This document shows, piece after piece, positions 38,760 to 48,836 of a stretch of 64,000 nucleotides of DNA. A program made the position numbers and the translations under genes. This DNA is from Flavobacteriales bacterium (lineage in GTDB: Bacteria; Bacteroidota; Bacteroidia; UBA10329). Under the pieces are notes generated by a model. It saw only the letters and a program-made list of their open reading frames with translations, was not told the origin of the DNA and made no database searches. The number at the start of each line of letters is the position of its first letter. Position 1 is the first letter of the stretch. Location of the stretch: positions 121,021 through 185,020 of the forward strand of contig JACJZQ010000004.1 in assembly GCA_020635495.1 (NCBI GenBank). Direction: 5' to 3'.

Positions 38760-39083
38760 ATGTACACACTCATCATCATATTGATTCTTATCGTTTGTCT
38801 ACTGCTGGTAGGCGTAGTGATGGTTCAGAACAGCAAAGGAGGAGGTCTGGCTTCAGATTTCTCATCTTCCAACCAGATCATCGGTGTTCAAAGAACAGGC
38901 GATTTCTTGGAAAAGGCCACGTGGTATCTATCCATTGCACTCATTGTTCTTACCCTTGGTTCAAATTTCTTCATCAATAGAGGAGAAGTGGTTCAAGAAG
39001 AATCAGCAATCCAAGAGCAGATAGACAACGCAGCGTTGCCTGCAACAGACGATCTTGGAGAATCAGGACCGATAGAAGAATAA
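38760..39083 (+). CDS. secG: Preprotein translocase subunit SecG
   Basis: 107 aa with two TM helices and the SecG motif VMVQNSKGGGLAS. Confidence 0.85.
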   Translation: MYTLIIILILIVCLLLVGVVMVQNSKGGGLASDFSSSNQIIGVQRTGDFLEKATWYLSIALIVLTLGSNFFINRGEVVQEESAIQEQIDNAALPATDDLGESGPIEE

Positions 39084-39108
39084 CACTCAGGCAAGACAAC
39101 GCCAACGG

Positions 39109-39146
39109 AAAATGTCAGGATGTCACGCATTCTGACATTTTTTTTT
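39109..39146 (+). terminator. Rho-independent terminator after secG
   Basis: Stem AATGTCAG (39111-39118) with CTGACATT (39132-39139), followed by a run of nine T. Confidence 0.75.
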
Positions 39147-39255
39147 GCTTCACTGTCATCATTTCAGCCCTATTGGCCGCCTTTGGGCAATGGCATAGAA
39201 TATGACAGGGCTGCCACATCAAACTAACATTCACTAACCAAATAATAATTCAAAA

Positions 39256-39534
39256 ATGGGAGCTATTAAAATCAAACCATTGGCAGATAGAGTAGTTGTA
39301 CAGGCTGCTGCTGCCGAAGAGAAGACAGCTTCAGGAATCTTTATTCCAGACACCGCAAAGGAAAAACCGCAGAAAGGAAAAGTGGTGGCTGTTGGAGCTG
39401 GAAAAAAAGACGAACCGATGACCGTGAAAGTGGGCGATACCGTCCTTTACGGAAAGTACTCGGGAACGGAGATCAACGTAGACGGAACCGATGTGCTCAT
39501 CATGCGTGAGTCTGACATTTTCGCAATCGTTTAA
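39256..39534 (+). CDS. groES: Co-chaperonin GroES
   Basis: A 92-aa GroES pattern: [11 protein letters not shown] ... [23 protein letters not shown]. Confidence 0.95.
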   Translation: MGAIKIKPLADRVVVQAAAAEEKTASGIFIPDTAKEKPQKGKVVAVGAGKKDEPMTVKVGDTVLYGKYSGTEINVDGTDVLIMRESDIFAIV

Positions 39535-39549
39535 TCCATCAAACTTTAA

Positions 39550-41202
<1,653 letters not shown>

Positions 41203-41226
41203 GCCGACCTGCTTAGGTTAGAAACG

Positions 41227-41257
41227 AAAGCCCCGCCATTTGGCGGGGCTTTTTGTT
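41227..41257 (+). terminator. Rho-independent terminator after groEL
   Basis: AAAGCCCCGCCA paired with TGGCGGGGCTTT, followed by TTGTTGTT. Confidence 0.85.
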
Positions 41258-41281
41258 GTTGAATGTTTCTACATTTAATCC

Positions 41282-41938
41282 ATGGCACGCAAATTCCTCT
41301 CTGAGATGCTAGGAACCTTCGGGTTGATATTCACTGGTTGCGGAGCCATTGTTGTGAATGACGTTACAGGAGGAGCCATTGGTCATTTGGGTATTTGCAC
41401 GGTTTTCGGATTGGTGGTTATGGCCATGGTTTACAGCTTTGGAGATGTTTCTGGAGCACACATCAACCCTGCAGTTACCATAGCGTTTTGGATTTCAGGA
41501 CGATTTCCTCTTAAAGAAGTTGGCCCTTACATTCTGGCGCAGGTAATCGGTTCTACTGCCGCGTGTGCATTGCTTTGGTATCTCTTCCCCGATGAATCGA
41601 CCTTTTTGGGAGCTACGTTGGTTTCCGGTTCTATCATGCAGTCGTTTGTTTTGGAAGTGGCCATCACCTTCTTGCTCATGCTCATCATTATTATGGTGGC
41701 TACGGGCTCTAAAGAAGTTGGGACTTTGGCCGGTATTGCCATCGGTGCCGCTGTGGCCGTTCTTGCTTTGGTCGGTGGACCAATTTCAGGAGCTTCTATG
41801 AACCCCGCTAGATCCTTGGGTCCTGCGTTGGTGTCCGGACACATGGAACATATTTGGCTCTACATCATTGCTCCGATCATTGGAGCTGCGTTGGCCGTTC
41901 CGGTAAGCAATGTGATCAAAGGTCCGCAGACGCTTTAG
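41282..41938 (+). CDS. MIP-family channel (aquaporin/glyceroporin-like)
   Basis: Two NPA boxes (HINPAVT and MNPARS) and six TM helices, 218 aa. Confidence 0.88.
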   Translation: MARKFLSEMLGTFGLIFTGCGAIVVNDVTGGAIGHLGICTVFGLVVMAMVYSFGDVSGAHINPAVTIAFWISGRFPLKEVGPYILAQVIGSTAACALLWYLFPDESTFLGATLVSGSIMQSFVLEVAITFLLMLIIIMVATGSKEVGTLAGIAIGAAVAVLALVGGPISGASMNPARSLGPALVSGHMEHIWLYIIAPIIGAALAVPVSNVIKGPQTL

Positions 41939-43833
41939 TCCATTCCCATGGCCACGTTGCGGTCTACAACGGGCAATTCCACATGCGATGGATGCTCGGC
42001 ATCGTGATGAATTTCCCATGCTCCACCATTCGGATACAGCATCTTGAAGTTGTACGTATCAACCCCGGCCAAACGAATCTGAATCCTGTGTCCTTTCTTG
42101 AAAAGATGAGAGGTTGGTAGCATGTCAAACGACACCAATTCCACCTTAGAGGTGTCCATTGGCATGGCATCGGTATGATTGAAGCTGTGGTATGGAACCA
42201 CATCCTCGTAATGCGGTGGATTGTCTTGAAGCTTTCGGTGTACAAATCGGAACTGACCATCGGTTACTTTCCAAACGTTTCCGTTCTCGTCCACATCTTC
42301 CAGATACGCGAAAACAGAACCATCTTCGGTTGCAGATTTTAAGTAAAGATTCACCTGCGGATGACCTGTTACTTCAAGGTCTTCCTCCAATTCAGCCAAG
42401 GTGAAAACAACCGTAATGCTATCTTCTGATGAAGCATCTGCGTAAGTTATTCCTGCGTGGTTCGTATCGAAATTCCACCGGTTATCAGCACCAATGGAAT
42501 GCGTGGTATCAACCGTGTAATTGGTAAAGCTGTTGTCTACATTATTCGAAGACCAATCTGCTTTCCCATCAGGTTGGAAATAGAAGTTGTTCCTGTCTGC
42601 AGGAATCGGCCAAGTATCAGATGTTTTCCATACATCTTCTCCCATGGTGTAGTAGTACACCCGAGGCGATTTGTCCAACCCGTTGTCCATTCCCTTCAAA
42701 TGGAAATCGAAGAATCTGACCACTTCCTTCACATCATCATGCTTTGAAGGAGCCGCAACACCTGGACTCACATTCGCTCCACCACCGTGGTTCCATGGGC
42801 CTAGTCGGAGTCTGTTTCTTCCATCATCCAAATTGATGAACTGACGGATGGCACCATGCGAAAATGCCGCATCCCACCAACCACTCCAGGAGTAAATGGC
42901 TGCACCAGAACCTTTGATTCTGTCTTCGAAAAGGTGCGGAGAAAGCACGTCCTGAACACGGAAACTTCCGTTGATGGTCCAAACATCATCCATGTATTCG
43001 GCCGTTCCGCCTTCCGTACGGTGGTAATGGTTGCACGTGTGTTGCTCCCACACTTTTTCCATGTCTTTCTTCGAATAACCGTTTACCCGCTCCACCCCAT
43101 AAGAAAGTTTTGCGCCACGAGCGTTTCTGCTGTCAGGAATGATATTCTGGTCCAGTGTTTCACAGAAATCGCCATACTGGCTAATGAACTGATGGAAGTA
43201 GATTCCGCCTGGGGCAGAAACGTCATCATACAGATCCCAAAGGGAATAGGTAGGTACAATTGCCTTCAGATTCGGGTGCTGATTGTACAGTGCATAAAGA
43301 GCCGTGTTACCGATGTAAGAAACGCCTGTTGCACCCACATTTCCATCGCACCATTCTTGCTGCACCACCCAATCTATCATGTTCTTGCTGTCCAGAACTT
43401 CACGCATATCGCAAAGGGTCAGGGTCTTAGTGCCCTCAGAAGCTCCGCTTCCTCTCACATCCACCGTTACCAGTCCGTAGCCGTATTTCGGGAATTCCAA
43501 CACTGGAAAATTAGCAGTGTGCGGCACAAAATCGGTTAATGCTGAGAACGGCCATTTCAATCCAACGGCTCTCCAATATCTGGTCTGAAAAAGAATGGCA
43601 GGAACCTTTTCGCCCTTCTTCAATCCTTTTGGCAGATACACGTTAACGGCCAACCGAACGCCATCGTCCATGGTAACATAGTACGAAGTGCGTTTATGAC
43701 CCTTGTAGGTCATCTCTCTTTCGTAAGCAGGAGATTGCTCCTGAACTTCTGTGGTGTCAGTGTCTGATGCTACGAAGGAGTAGCCAACGGTTCCGATGGC
43801 CATAGCTAGCATGGCCAGAATCAATTTTCGCAT
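41935..43833 (-). CDS. CocE/NonD-family (S15 X-Pro dipeptidyl-peptidase-like) hydrolase, secreted
   Basis: Nucleophile motif GVSYIGNTA and a C-terminal beta-sandwich region. The ATG at 43833 gives the signal peptide MRKLILAMLAMAIGTVG. There is a 4-nt tail-to-tail overlap with the MIP gene. Confidence 0.78.
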   Translation of the reverse strand: MRKLILAMLAMAIGTVGYSFVASDTDTTEVQEQSPAYEREMTYKGHKRTSYYVTMDDGVRLAVNVYLPKGLKKGEKVPAILFQTRYWRAVGLKWPFSALTDFVPHTANFPVLEFPKYGYGLVTVDVRGSGASEGTKTLTLCDMREVLDSKNMIDWVVQQEWCDGNVGATGVSYIGNTALYALYNQHPNLKAIVPTYSLWDLYDDVSAPGGIYFHQFISQYGDFCETLDQNIIPDSRNARGAKLSYGVERVNGYSKKDMEKVWEQHTCNHYHRTEGGTAEYMDDVWTINGSFRVQDVLSPHLFEDRIKGSGAAIYSWSGWWDAAFSHGAIRQFINLDDGRNRLRLGPWNHGGGANVSPGVAAPSKHDDVKEVVRFFDFHLKGMDNGLDKSPRVYYYTMGEDVWKTSDTWPIPADRNNFYFQPDGKADWSSNNVDNSFTNYTVDTTHSIGADNRWNFDTNHAGITYADASSEDSITVVFTLAELEEDLEVTGHPQVNLYLKSATEDGSVFAYLEDVDENGNVWKVTDGQFRFVHRKLQDNPPHYEDVVPYHSFNHTDAMPMDTSKVELVSFDMLPTSHLFKKGHRIQIRLAGVDTYNFKMLYPNGGAWEIHHDAEHPSHVELPVVDRNVAMGMD

Positions 43834-43876
43834 GAAGATTATAATAGGGGAACGCAAAGGTAACATTGGGTTCGGA

Positions 43877-43890
43877 TTGATTTAAATCAA
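43877..43890. promoter_or_regulatory. Perfect 14-bp palindrome TTGATTTAAATCAA in a divergent promoter region
   Basis: Read directly. It lies between the hydrolase start (43833, minus) and the glycosyltransferase start (43935, plus). Confidence 0.3.
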
Positions 43891-43934
43891 GAGCGTGTTT
43901 TCGGTCGATTTTTTGGCATTTTGCGACATAATTC

Positions 43935-44987
43935 ATGAGCAAACGGATTCTGATAGCACCACTGGATTGGGGGTTGGGTCATGCAACGCGATGCATACCC
44001 ATTATCAGGCATTTGCTAGACATCAGGCAACACCCAGTTATTGCCGCTTCTGGTAGGCCGCTAAGTCTGCTCAAGGCTGAATTTCCCGAAGTAGAATCGG
44101 TTGATTTTGAAGGCTACAACATCAGTTATCCGCAAGGTTCGGGTATGGCTTGGAAGATGTTTCGGTCAACTCCGCAGATCCTCAAACGGATCAAAGAAGA
44201 GGGGTCTGAATTGGATGGATTGATAACAAAGTTGAAGTTGGATGCGGTGATATCTGACAATCGGTTTGGATTGTATTCTGATAGAATTCCGTGTGTGTAC
44301 ATGACGCATCAGGTCATGATCAAAGCACCGTTTTTTGAGACAACGTTGTATCGCATGCACATGAATTACATGCGAAAATTTAACCACGTTTGGATTCCTG
44401 ATTTTGAGAACGATGGGTTATCTGGTGATCTGGCGCACAAGTACCCTAAACCTTTCAACGGGCAATACATTGGTCCTCTTTCCAGATTTAGTGCATTGAA
44501 TTCGGAGGAGAAAACAGATGTATTGGTGCTTATCTCAGGCCCAGAACCACAACGGACCCGATTTGAGAATCTGGTTCTGGAACAACTGAAAGGATTTGAA
44601 GGAAATGTGACGGCTGTTGTCGGAACACCGGACAAGGAGTTTGATAGAACAGAAGGGAACATGCGGGTGGTTTCGCATTTGAATGCGGAGCAGTTGCAGC
44701 AGGAAATAGCTTCGGCCAAACTGATTGTTTCACGTTCAGGTTATTCAACTATCATGGATCTGGCGGCAATGGGTAAAAAGGCTGTTTTTGTTTCTACGCC
44801 AGGTCAGACTGAGCAGGAATATCTCGCGAAATTATTTGATGGCAAAGGCATTCACCTAGCGGTAAAGCAGAGCGATCTTCATCTCATGGAAGCCATGGAA
44901 AGATCAAAAACCTACTGCGGATTTCAGCCGCGGAAAATGGATGAATTCAAACCCGTGATTGACGCTTTTATTACTTCACTTTCTTGA
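43935..44987 (+). CDS. GT-B-fold glycosyltransferase (MGT / GT28 C-terminal-domain-like)
   Basis: The N-terminus ILIAPLDWGLGHATRCIPIIRHL is typical of MGT/UDP-glycosyltransferase-like enzymes, 350 aa. Confidence 0.65.
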   Translation: MSKRILIAPLDWGLGHATRCIPIIRHLLDIRQHPVIAASGRPLSLLKAEFPEVESVDFEGYNISYPQGSGMAWKMFRSTPQILKRIKEEGSELDGLITKLKLDAVISDNRFGLYSDRIPCVYMTHQVMIKAPFFETTLYRMHMNYMRKFNHVWIPDFENDGLSGDLAHKYPKPFNGQYIGPLSRFSALNSEEKTDVLVLISGPEPQRTRFENLVLEQLKGFEGNVTAVVGTPDKEFDRTEGNMRVVSHLNAEQLQQEIASAKLIVSRSGYSTIMDLAAMGKKAVFVSTPGQTEQEYLAKLFDGKGIHLAVKQSDLHLMEAMERSKTYCGFQPRKMDEFKPVIDAFITSLS

Positions 44988-46026
44988 GCGTGAAAGAGAA
45001 CGTTGTGCCAGAGTTTTCACCTTGTCTGGAGCGCACATTGATTGTCTGATCGTGTGCTTCAATGATGTGTTTAACTATGGATAGACCCAAGCCGGTTCCG
45101 CCAGCATGTCGGTCTCTGGCTTTATCTACACGGTAGAAACGTTCAAACAAACGAGGCAGGTGTTTGGCTTCAATTCCAGGTCCGTCATCAGCTACTTCGC
45201 ATAGAACATTCTCATCCATATCGTAAAACCGCAATCGGATAGAACCGCCTTTTGAACCGTATTTGATGCTGTTGTCTAACAAATTGATGTAAACCTGACG
45301 GATCTGGTCTCCATCTGCACGTACGTAAATGGGGCGGTCGTAACGCTCATTGAACTTGATGGAGATGTCGCGTTTTTCAGCTTTCATCTCTTCCATTTCA
45401 ATCACATCTCTTACCAACTCTACGATATTGATTCGCTGGATATTCAGCTCCAATCGGCCCGATTCCAACCTTGATATCACATCCAGATCCTCTACAACGG
45501 ATATCATCCGCTCCACACTTTTATCCGCTCTGCGAAGAAACTTCCTGTTGATCTCTTCATCTTCTAATCCGCCATCCAGCAGCGTGTGGATGTAACCTTG
45601 AATATTGAAGATGGGCGTTTTCAATTCGTGCGAAACGTTTCCAAGGAAGTCTCTCCGATAAGCTTCCTGATCCTTTAACGTTTGAATTTCTTCCTGTTGT
45701 TTCTCGGCCCATGACACTACTTCCGTATTCACAGAATTCAAGATGTCTGTATCGGCCTTCATTCTTTGTTTGAGACCGGATTTGGTGGTTTTCAGGTTGT
45801 GAATGGTTTTGTAAATGAGTCGAATCTTCTCATAAATGAACTCGTTTACCACGTATCTCACCATAAAGTACGATCCAGCAAACGTGGTTATGAATGTTAC
45901 CAACGCTCTGATGGAGTTGAATCCGTCTAGCAGAAAATGATCCAATAGAGATAGCACCACGGTCAGTACCGCGGCAACAACCAAGGCTGTAGTGGTTATG
46001 AGGTTACGCTGATTGGGGTCTTTCAC
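44971..46026 (-). CDS. Sensor histidine kinase (HisKA/HATPase_c)
   Basis: Two N-terminal TM helices, H-box NVSHELKTPI, N-box LLDNSIKYG, and G-boxes DDGPGI and GTGLGLSIV. Confidence 0.88.
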   Translation of the reverse strand: MKDPNQRNLITTTALVVAAVLTVVLSLLDHFLLDGFNSIRALVTFITTFAGSYFMVRYVVNEFIYEKIRLIYKTIHNLKTTKSGLKQRMKADTDILNSVNTEVVSWAEKQQEEIQTLKDQEAYRRDFLGNVSHELKTPIFNIQGYIHTLLDGGLEDEEINRKFLRRADKSVERMISVVEDLDVISRLESGRLELNIQRINIVELVRDVIEMEEMKAEKRDISIKFNERYDRPIYVRADGDQIRQVYINLLDNSIKYGSKGGSIRLRFYDMDENVLCEVADDGPGIEAKHLPRLFERFYRVDKARDRHAGGTGLGLSIVKHIIEAHDQTINVRSRQGENSGTTFSFTLKKVK

Positions 46027-46037
46027 GAACCCTAAAG

Positions 46038-46718
46038 TTACTGTTCGAACTTGTAACCTACTCCTTTCACGGTTTTGATGGCCTTGTCTCCGATCTTTTC
46101 GCGAAGTTTTCTGATGTGCACGTCAATGGTCCGGTCTCCAACAACAACTTGGGCCCCCCAAACAGAACTCAAAATGGTGTCTCGGGTAAAGACATGGCCA
46201 GGCTTGGAAGCCAAAAGCGCCAATAGTTCAAACTCCTTTTTAGGAAGCGTGATCTCTTTGCCTTCCAACTCGATGATGTACTTATTCTTATCGATCTTAA
46301 GGCCGGTCTCAGTTTCAAAAACCTGATTCTCATTCAGCGGATTATTCCTTCTGAGAATGGCCTTGATTCTACTGATAAGAACCCGCGGCTTTATTGGCTT
46401 GTTGATGTAATCATCTGCGCCTGCATCGAACCCCGCGATCTGAGAATAGTCCTCATTTCTGGCTGTCAAGAAGGCGATAAGCGTGTTCTTAAGCGTAGGG
46501 ATGTCACGCAATTCTTTACACGTTTCAATGCCATCAAGGTCGGGCATCATCACATCAAGAATGATCAAATCTGGATTGACTTTCTGAGCAATGTCTATGG
46601 CTTTTCTGCCAGAAGATGCAGTGTAAACGTCAAATTCCTCCTTCTTGAGATTGTATTCCAAGAATTCGAGGATGTCTTCCTCGTCATCGACAATAAGAAT
46701 AGTTGGGTTCTCCTTCAT
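46038..46718 (-). CDS. OmpR-family response regulator
   Basis: Receiver domain ILIVDDEEDI ... LIILDVMMPDLDG and a winged-helix C-terminus (VWG ... RTIDVHIRKLREKI ... KGVGYKF). Confidence 0.9.
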   Translation of the reverse strand: MKENPTILIVDDEEDILEFLEYNLKKEEFDVYTASSGRKAIDIAQKVNPDLIILDVMMPDLDGIETCKELRDIPTLKNTLIAFLTARNEDYSQIAGFDAGADDYINKPIKPRVLISRIKAILRRNNPLNENQVFETETGLKIDKNKYIIELEGKEITLPKKEFELLALLASKPGHVFTRDTILSSVWGAQVVVGDRTIDVHIRKLREKIGDKAIKTVKGVGYKFEQ

Positions 46719-46801
46719 CTTAACATTCACTTCACGTCAAAAGTGGAAATCATTACAGCGGCTGGTGTTAAAATAGCGTTAACATTAATTCAAATTCTTC
46801 A

Positions 46802-48052
46802 TCAGTTGTCAACCACTAGCCTAACTTCTTCAATTCGGGTACTTTCCATTTTGGTGATGGTGAACAGGAAATCACCTATCATGATCTTTTCGTTAACCTC
46901 CGGTATGCTCTGATGATGTTCGAAAATGAACCCGCCCAGCGTTTCGTAGTCGTCAGATTCTGGCAACTTGAGGCCGTAATTCTGATTGATGTAATCGATG
47001 TCCAATCGGCCTGAGAATCGGTATTCCGAATCCGAGATTTTCTCATCTATCAGGTCCTCCTTGTCGTGTTCATCCTCGATATCCCCAAATATCTCTTCCA
47101 CAATATCTTCCACGGTTATCATTCCGGCCGTGCCTCCAAATTCATTCAGAACAACAGCCACGCTGCGGTGCTGCTGACCGAACTGCTTCAAAAGATCTTT
47201 CACTTTAGTGCTTTCTGGAACCAGACTGATGGGACGAATGATATTCTTAATGGCTTTTGGTTTCTGAAAAAGCTCAAATGAGTGCACGTACCCGATGATG
47301 TTGTCAATATCGTCCCGGTAGATGAGAATCTTAGACAGCCCCGTGTCAATCAGTTTTTGCTTCAGGTCGTCAATATCATCTTCTATGGACATGGCAATGA
47401 TCTCAACCCTAGGGATCATGCATTCTCGCACTTTGATCTCGCTGAAATTGAGCGCGTTTCTAAAGATCTGAATCTCGCTGTCAACATCCTCTTCTTCTTC
47501 TTTGGCTGTGAATTCGTTCACATACTCATCAAGGTCAGAACGTCCGAAGGTGAGTTGTTCCTCTGCCAACCTGATCTTGAACAAGGAGGAAAGCACTTTC
47601 TGCGAGAAACGGTCTATGAGCCAAACCAGCGGATAGAGTAGGGTGTAAACAACCTTGGCCGGAATGGCAAAAAGATCCAGCATTCTGTTAGGGTTAATGC
47701 GGAAAAACGCTTTAGGCAGAAACTCTGCAGTAACCAGAATGATAAGCGTAGAGATGATGGTCTGGATAACGAGGATGTATGATTCTTGCGATGTGAAGTT
47801 TCGTATTCCAGGTTCCAGCAGTTTAGCCATGGTAATACCGTAGACAACCAGCGCAATGTTGTTTCCAACCAGCAAAGCACTGATGAATTGCGAAGGCTTT
47901 TCTAAGAACTGCCCGATGATGGAAGCGGAGAGCGTTCCTTTCTTTCTGTCTACCTCAACCTTGAAACGGTTGGCAGAGACAAAGGCGATCTCCATGCCCG
48001 AGAAGAATGCCGACAGCAGCAAGCATACCGCTATGATAATTGTGTAGGTCAA
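46802..48052 (-). CDS. CNNM/DUF21 + CBS pair + CorC_HlyC family protein (hemolysin-family annotation class)
   Basis: A 4-TM DUF21 N-terminus, a CBS pair (VRECMIPRVEI ... ILIYRDDIDNIIGYVH) and a C-terminal transporter-associated domain. Confidence 0.8.
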   Translation of the reverse strand: MTYTIIIAVCLLLSAFFSGMEIAFVSANRFKVEVDRKKGTLSASIIGQFLEKPSQFISALLVGNNIALVVYGITMAKLLEPGIRNFTSQESYILVIQTIISTLIILVTAEFLPKAFFRINPNRMLDLFAIPAKVVYTLLYPLVWLIDRFSQKVLSSLFKIRLAEEQLTFGRSDLDEYVNEFTAKEEEEDVDSEIQIFRNALNFSEIKVRECMIPRVEIIAMSIEDDIDDLKQKLIDTGLSKILIYRDDIDNIIGYVHSFELFQKPKAIKNIIRPISLVPESTKVKDLLKQFGQQHRSVAVVLNEFGGTAGMITVEDIVEEIFGDIEDEHDKEDLIDEKISDSEYRFSGRLDIDYINQNYGLKLPESDDYETLGGFIFEHHQSIPEVNEKIMIGDFLFTITKMESTRIEEVRLVVDN

Positions 48053-48237
48053 CCTTTATTGTCTGATTGATTGTTCTCAGATTCTTCAAATTTCTTGCGC
48101 TGTTTTCTACGGAAAGCGTAGAAAATGCCGGCAACAAGAGCACCTCCAAAGAACCATTTAGAGGAATCCCATCCGTCTTGATTGAAATAATAAGACCCCA
48201 TTACTATCGAGAATATCCCGATCAGTAACCAAGCCAT
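48049..48237 (-). CDS. Small two-helix membrane protein (62 aa from ATG 48237)
   Basis: MAWLLIGIFSIVMGSYYF ... FFGGALVAGIFYAF followed by a basic tail. It is wedged between the lptC-like stop and the CNNM start, with a 4-nt overlap. Confidence 0.4.
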   Translation of the reverse strand: MAWLLIGIFSIVMGSYYFNQDGWDSSKWFFGGALVAGIFYAFRRKQRKKFEESENNQSDNKG

Positions 48238-48238
48238 T

Positions 48239-48796
48239 TCAAGAACCTTCAGTACTCTCAGCATCCTCTTTTAAATTGATTGTTCCCTTGATCTTTTTGA
48301 TCCGGTATTTGGTAAAGTCTTGATTGGACTCGAATCCATGGCCGAAAATTACTTCATCTTCTGTAGTGATCTTCACAAATTCTTCTGTGTGAATCCGTTC
48401 CGTCTTCTCTTCCCAGATCAAGTGTTCCGTATTCAATGTTTCGCCTTCCTTATTCACTACAACCACATCTTCTTTGGCTTCCATGATGTCAGTATTCTCA
48501 TAGCTCACAGCATAGTTGGAGCGCAGTTCAGATTCTACTTGCCCCATGTTGTTGAAGAATCTTACATGCACGCCTTGCGTCATTTCAAGGTATGGATTTT
48601 CGCCTAAGAAACGTTCCAGATGGTTGGCCTCTAAGATCACTTTCAGCATGGCAGAATCGGAATACACTATCTGAACACTGTCTGCTACCTCAACGGGTTT
48701 CAGTTCGTCTTCCATGATGGCTTCCACCTGTTGGAGGTCGTTAACGCATCCTGTGTTGATAAGCAATGCCCCAAAAAGAAAAAGGCAAAGACGCAC
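48239..48796 (-). CDS. lptC: LptC-like periplasmic/lipoprotein component (probable LPS export protein LptC)
   Basis: The GTG at 48796 gives MRLCLFLFGALLINTGC (lipobox) and removes the 47-nt overlap with the upstream gene. The beta-rich body (VQIVYSDSAMLKVILEA ... VHVRFFN) and the context next to the CNNM gene match flavobacterial lptC loci as I recall them. Confidence 0.5.
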   Translation of the reverse strand: MRLCLFLFGALLINTGCVNDLQQVEAIMEDELKPVEVADSVQIVYSDSAMLKVILEANHLERFLGENPYLEMTQGVHVRFFNNMGQVESELRSNYAVSYENTDIMEAKEDVVVVNKEGETLNTEHLIWEEKTERIHTEEFVKITTEDEVIFGHGFESNQDFTKYRIKKIKGTINLKEDAESTEGS

Positions 48797-48836
48797 GTGC
48801 GTCCTTACCTTTTTGAATGTGATGTTATGCAGATAA

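Noticed and set aside
42856-43539. A 227-aa ORF antisense to the CocE/NonD hydrolase. Similar cases are 9157..9708 (antisense to the SprT-like gene), 16772..17284 (antisense to recX), 14826..15275 (antisense to arsC) and 178..423 (antisense to purK).
   Set aside because: All lie inside better-supported genes on the opposite strand and have no recognisable features.
46802-48052. Calling the CNNM/CBS/CorC protein GldE.
   Set aside because: GldE belongs to this family, but no gldD-like gene is adjacent and the context (lptC-like cluster) fits the non-gliding paralog. A generic call is kept.
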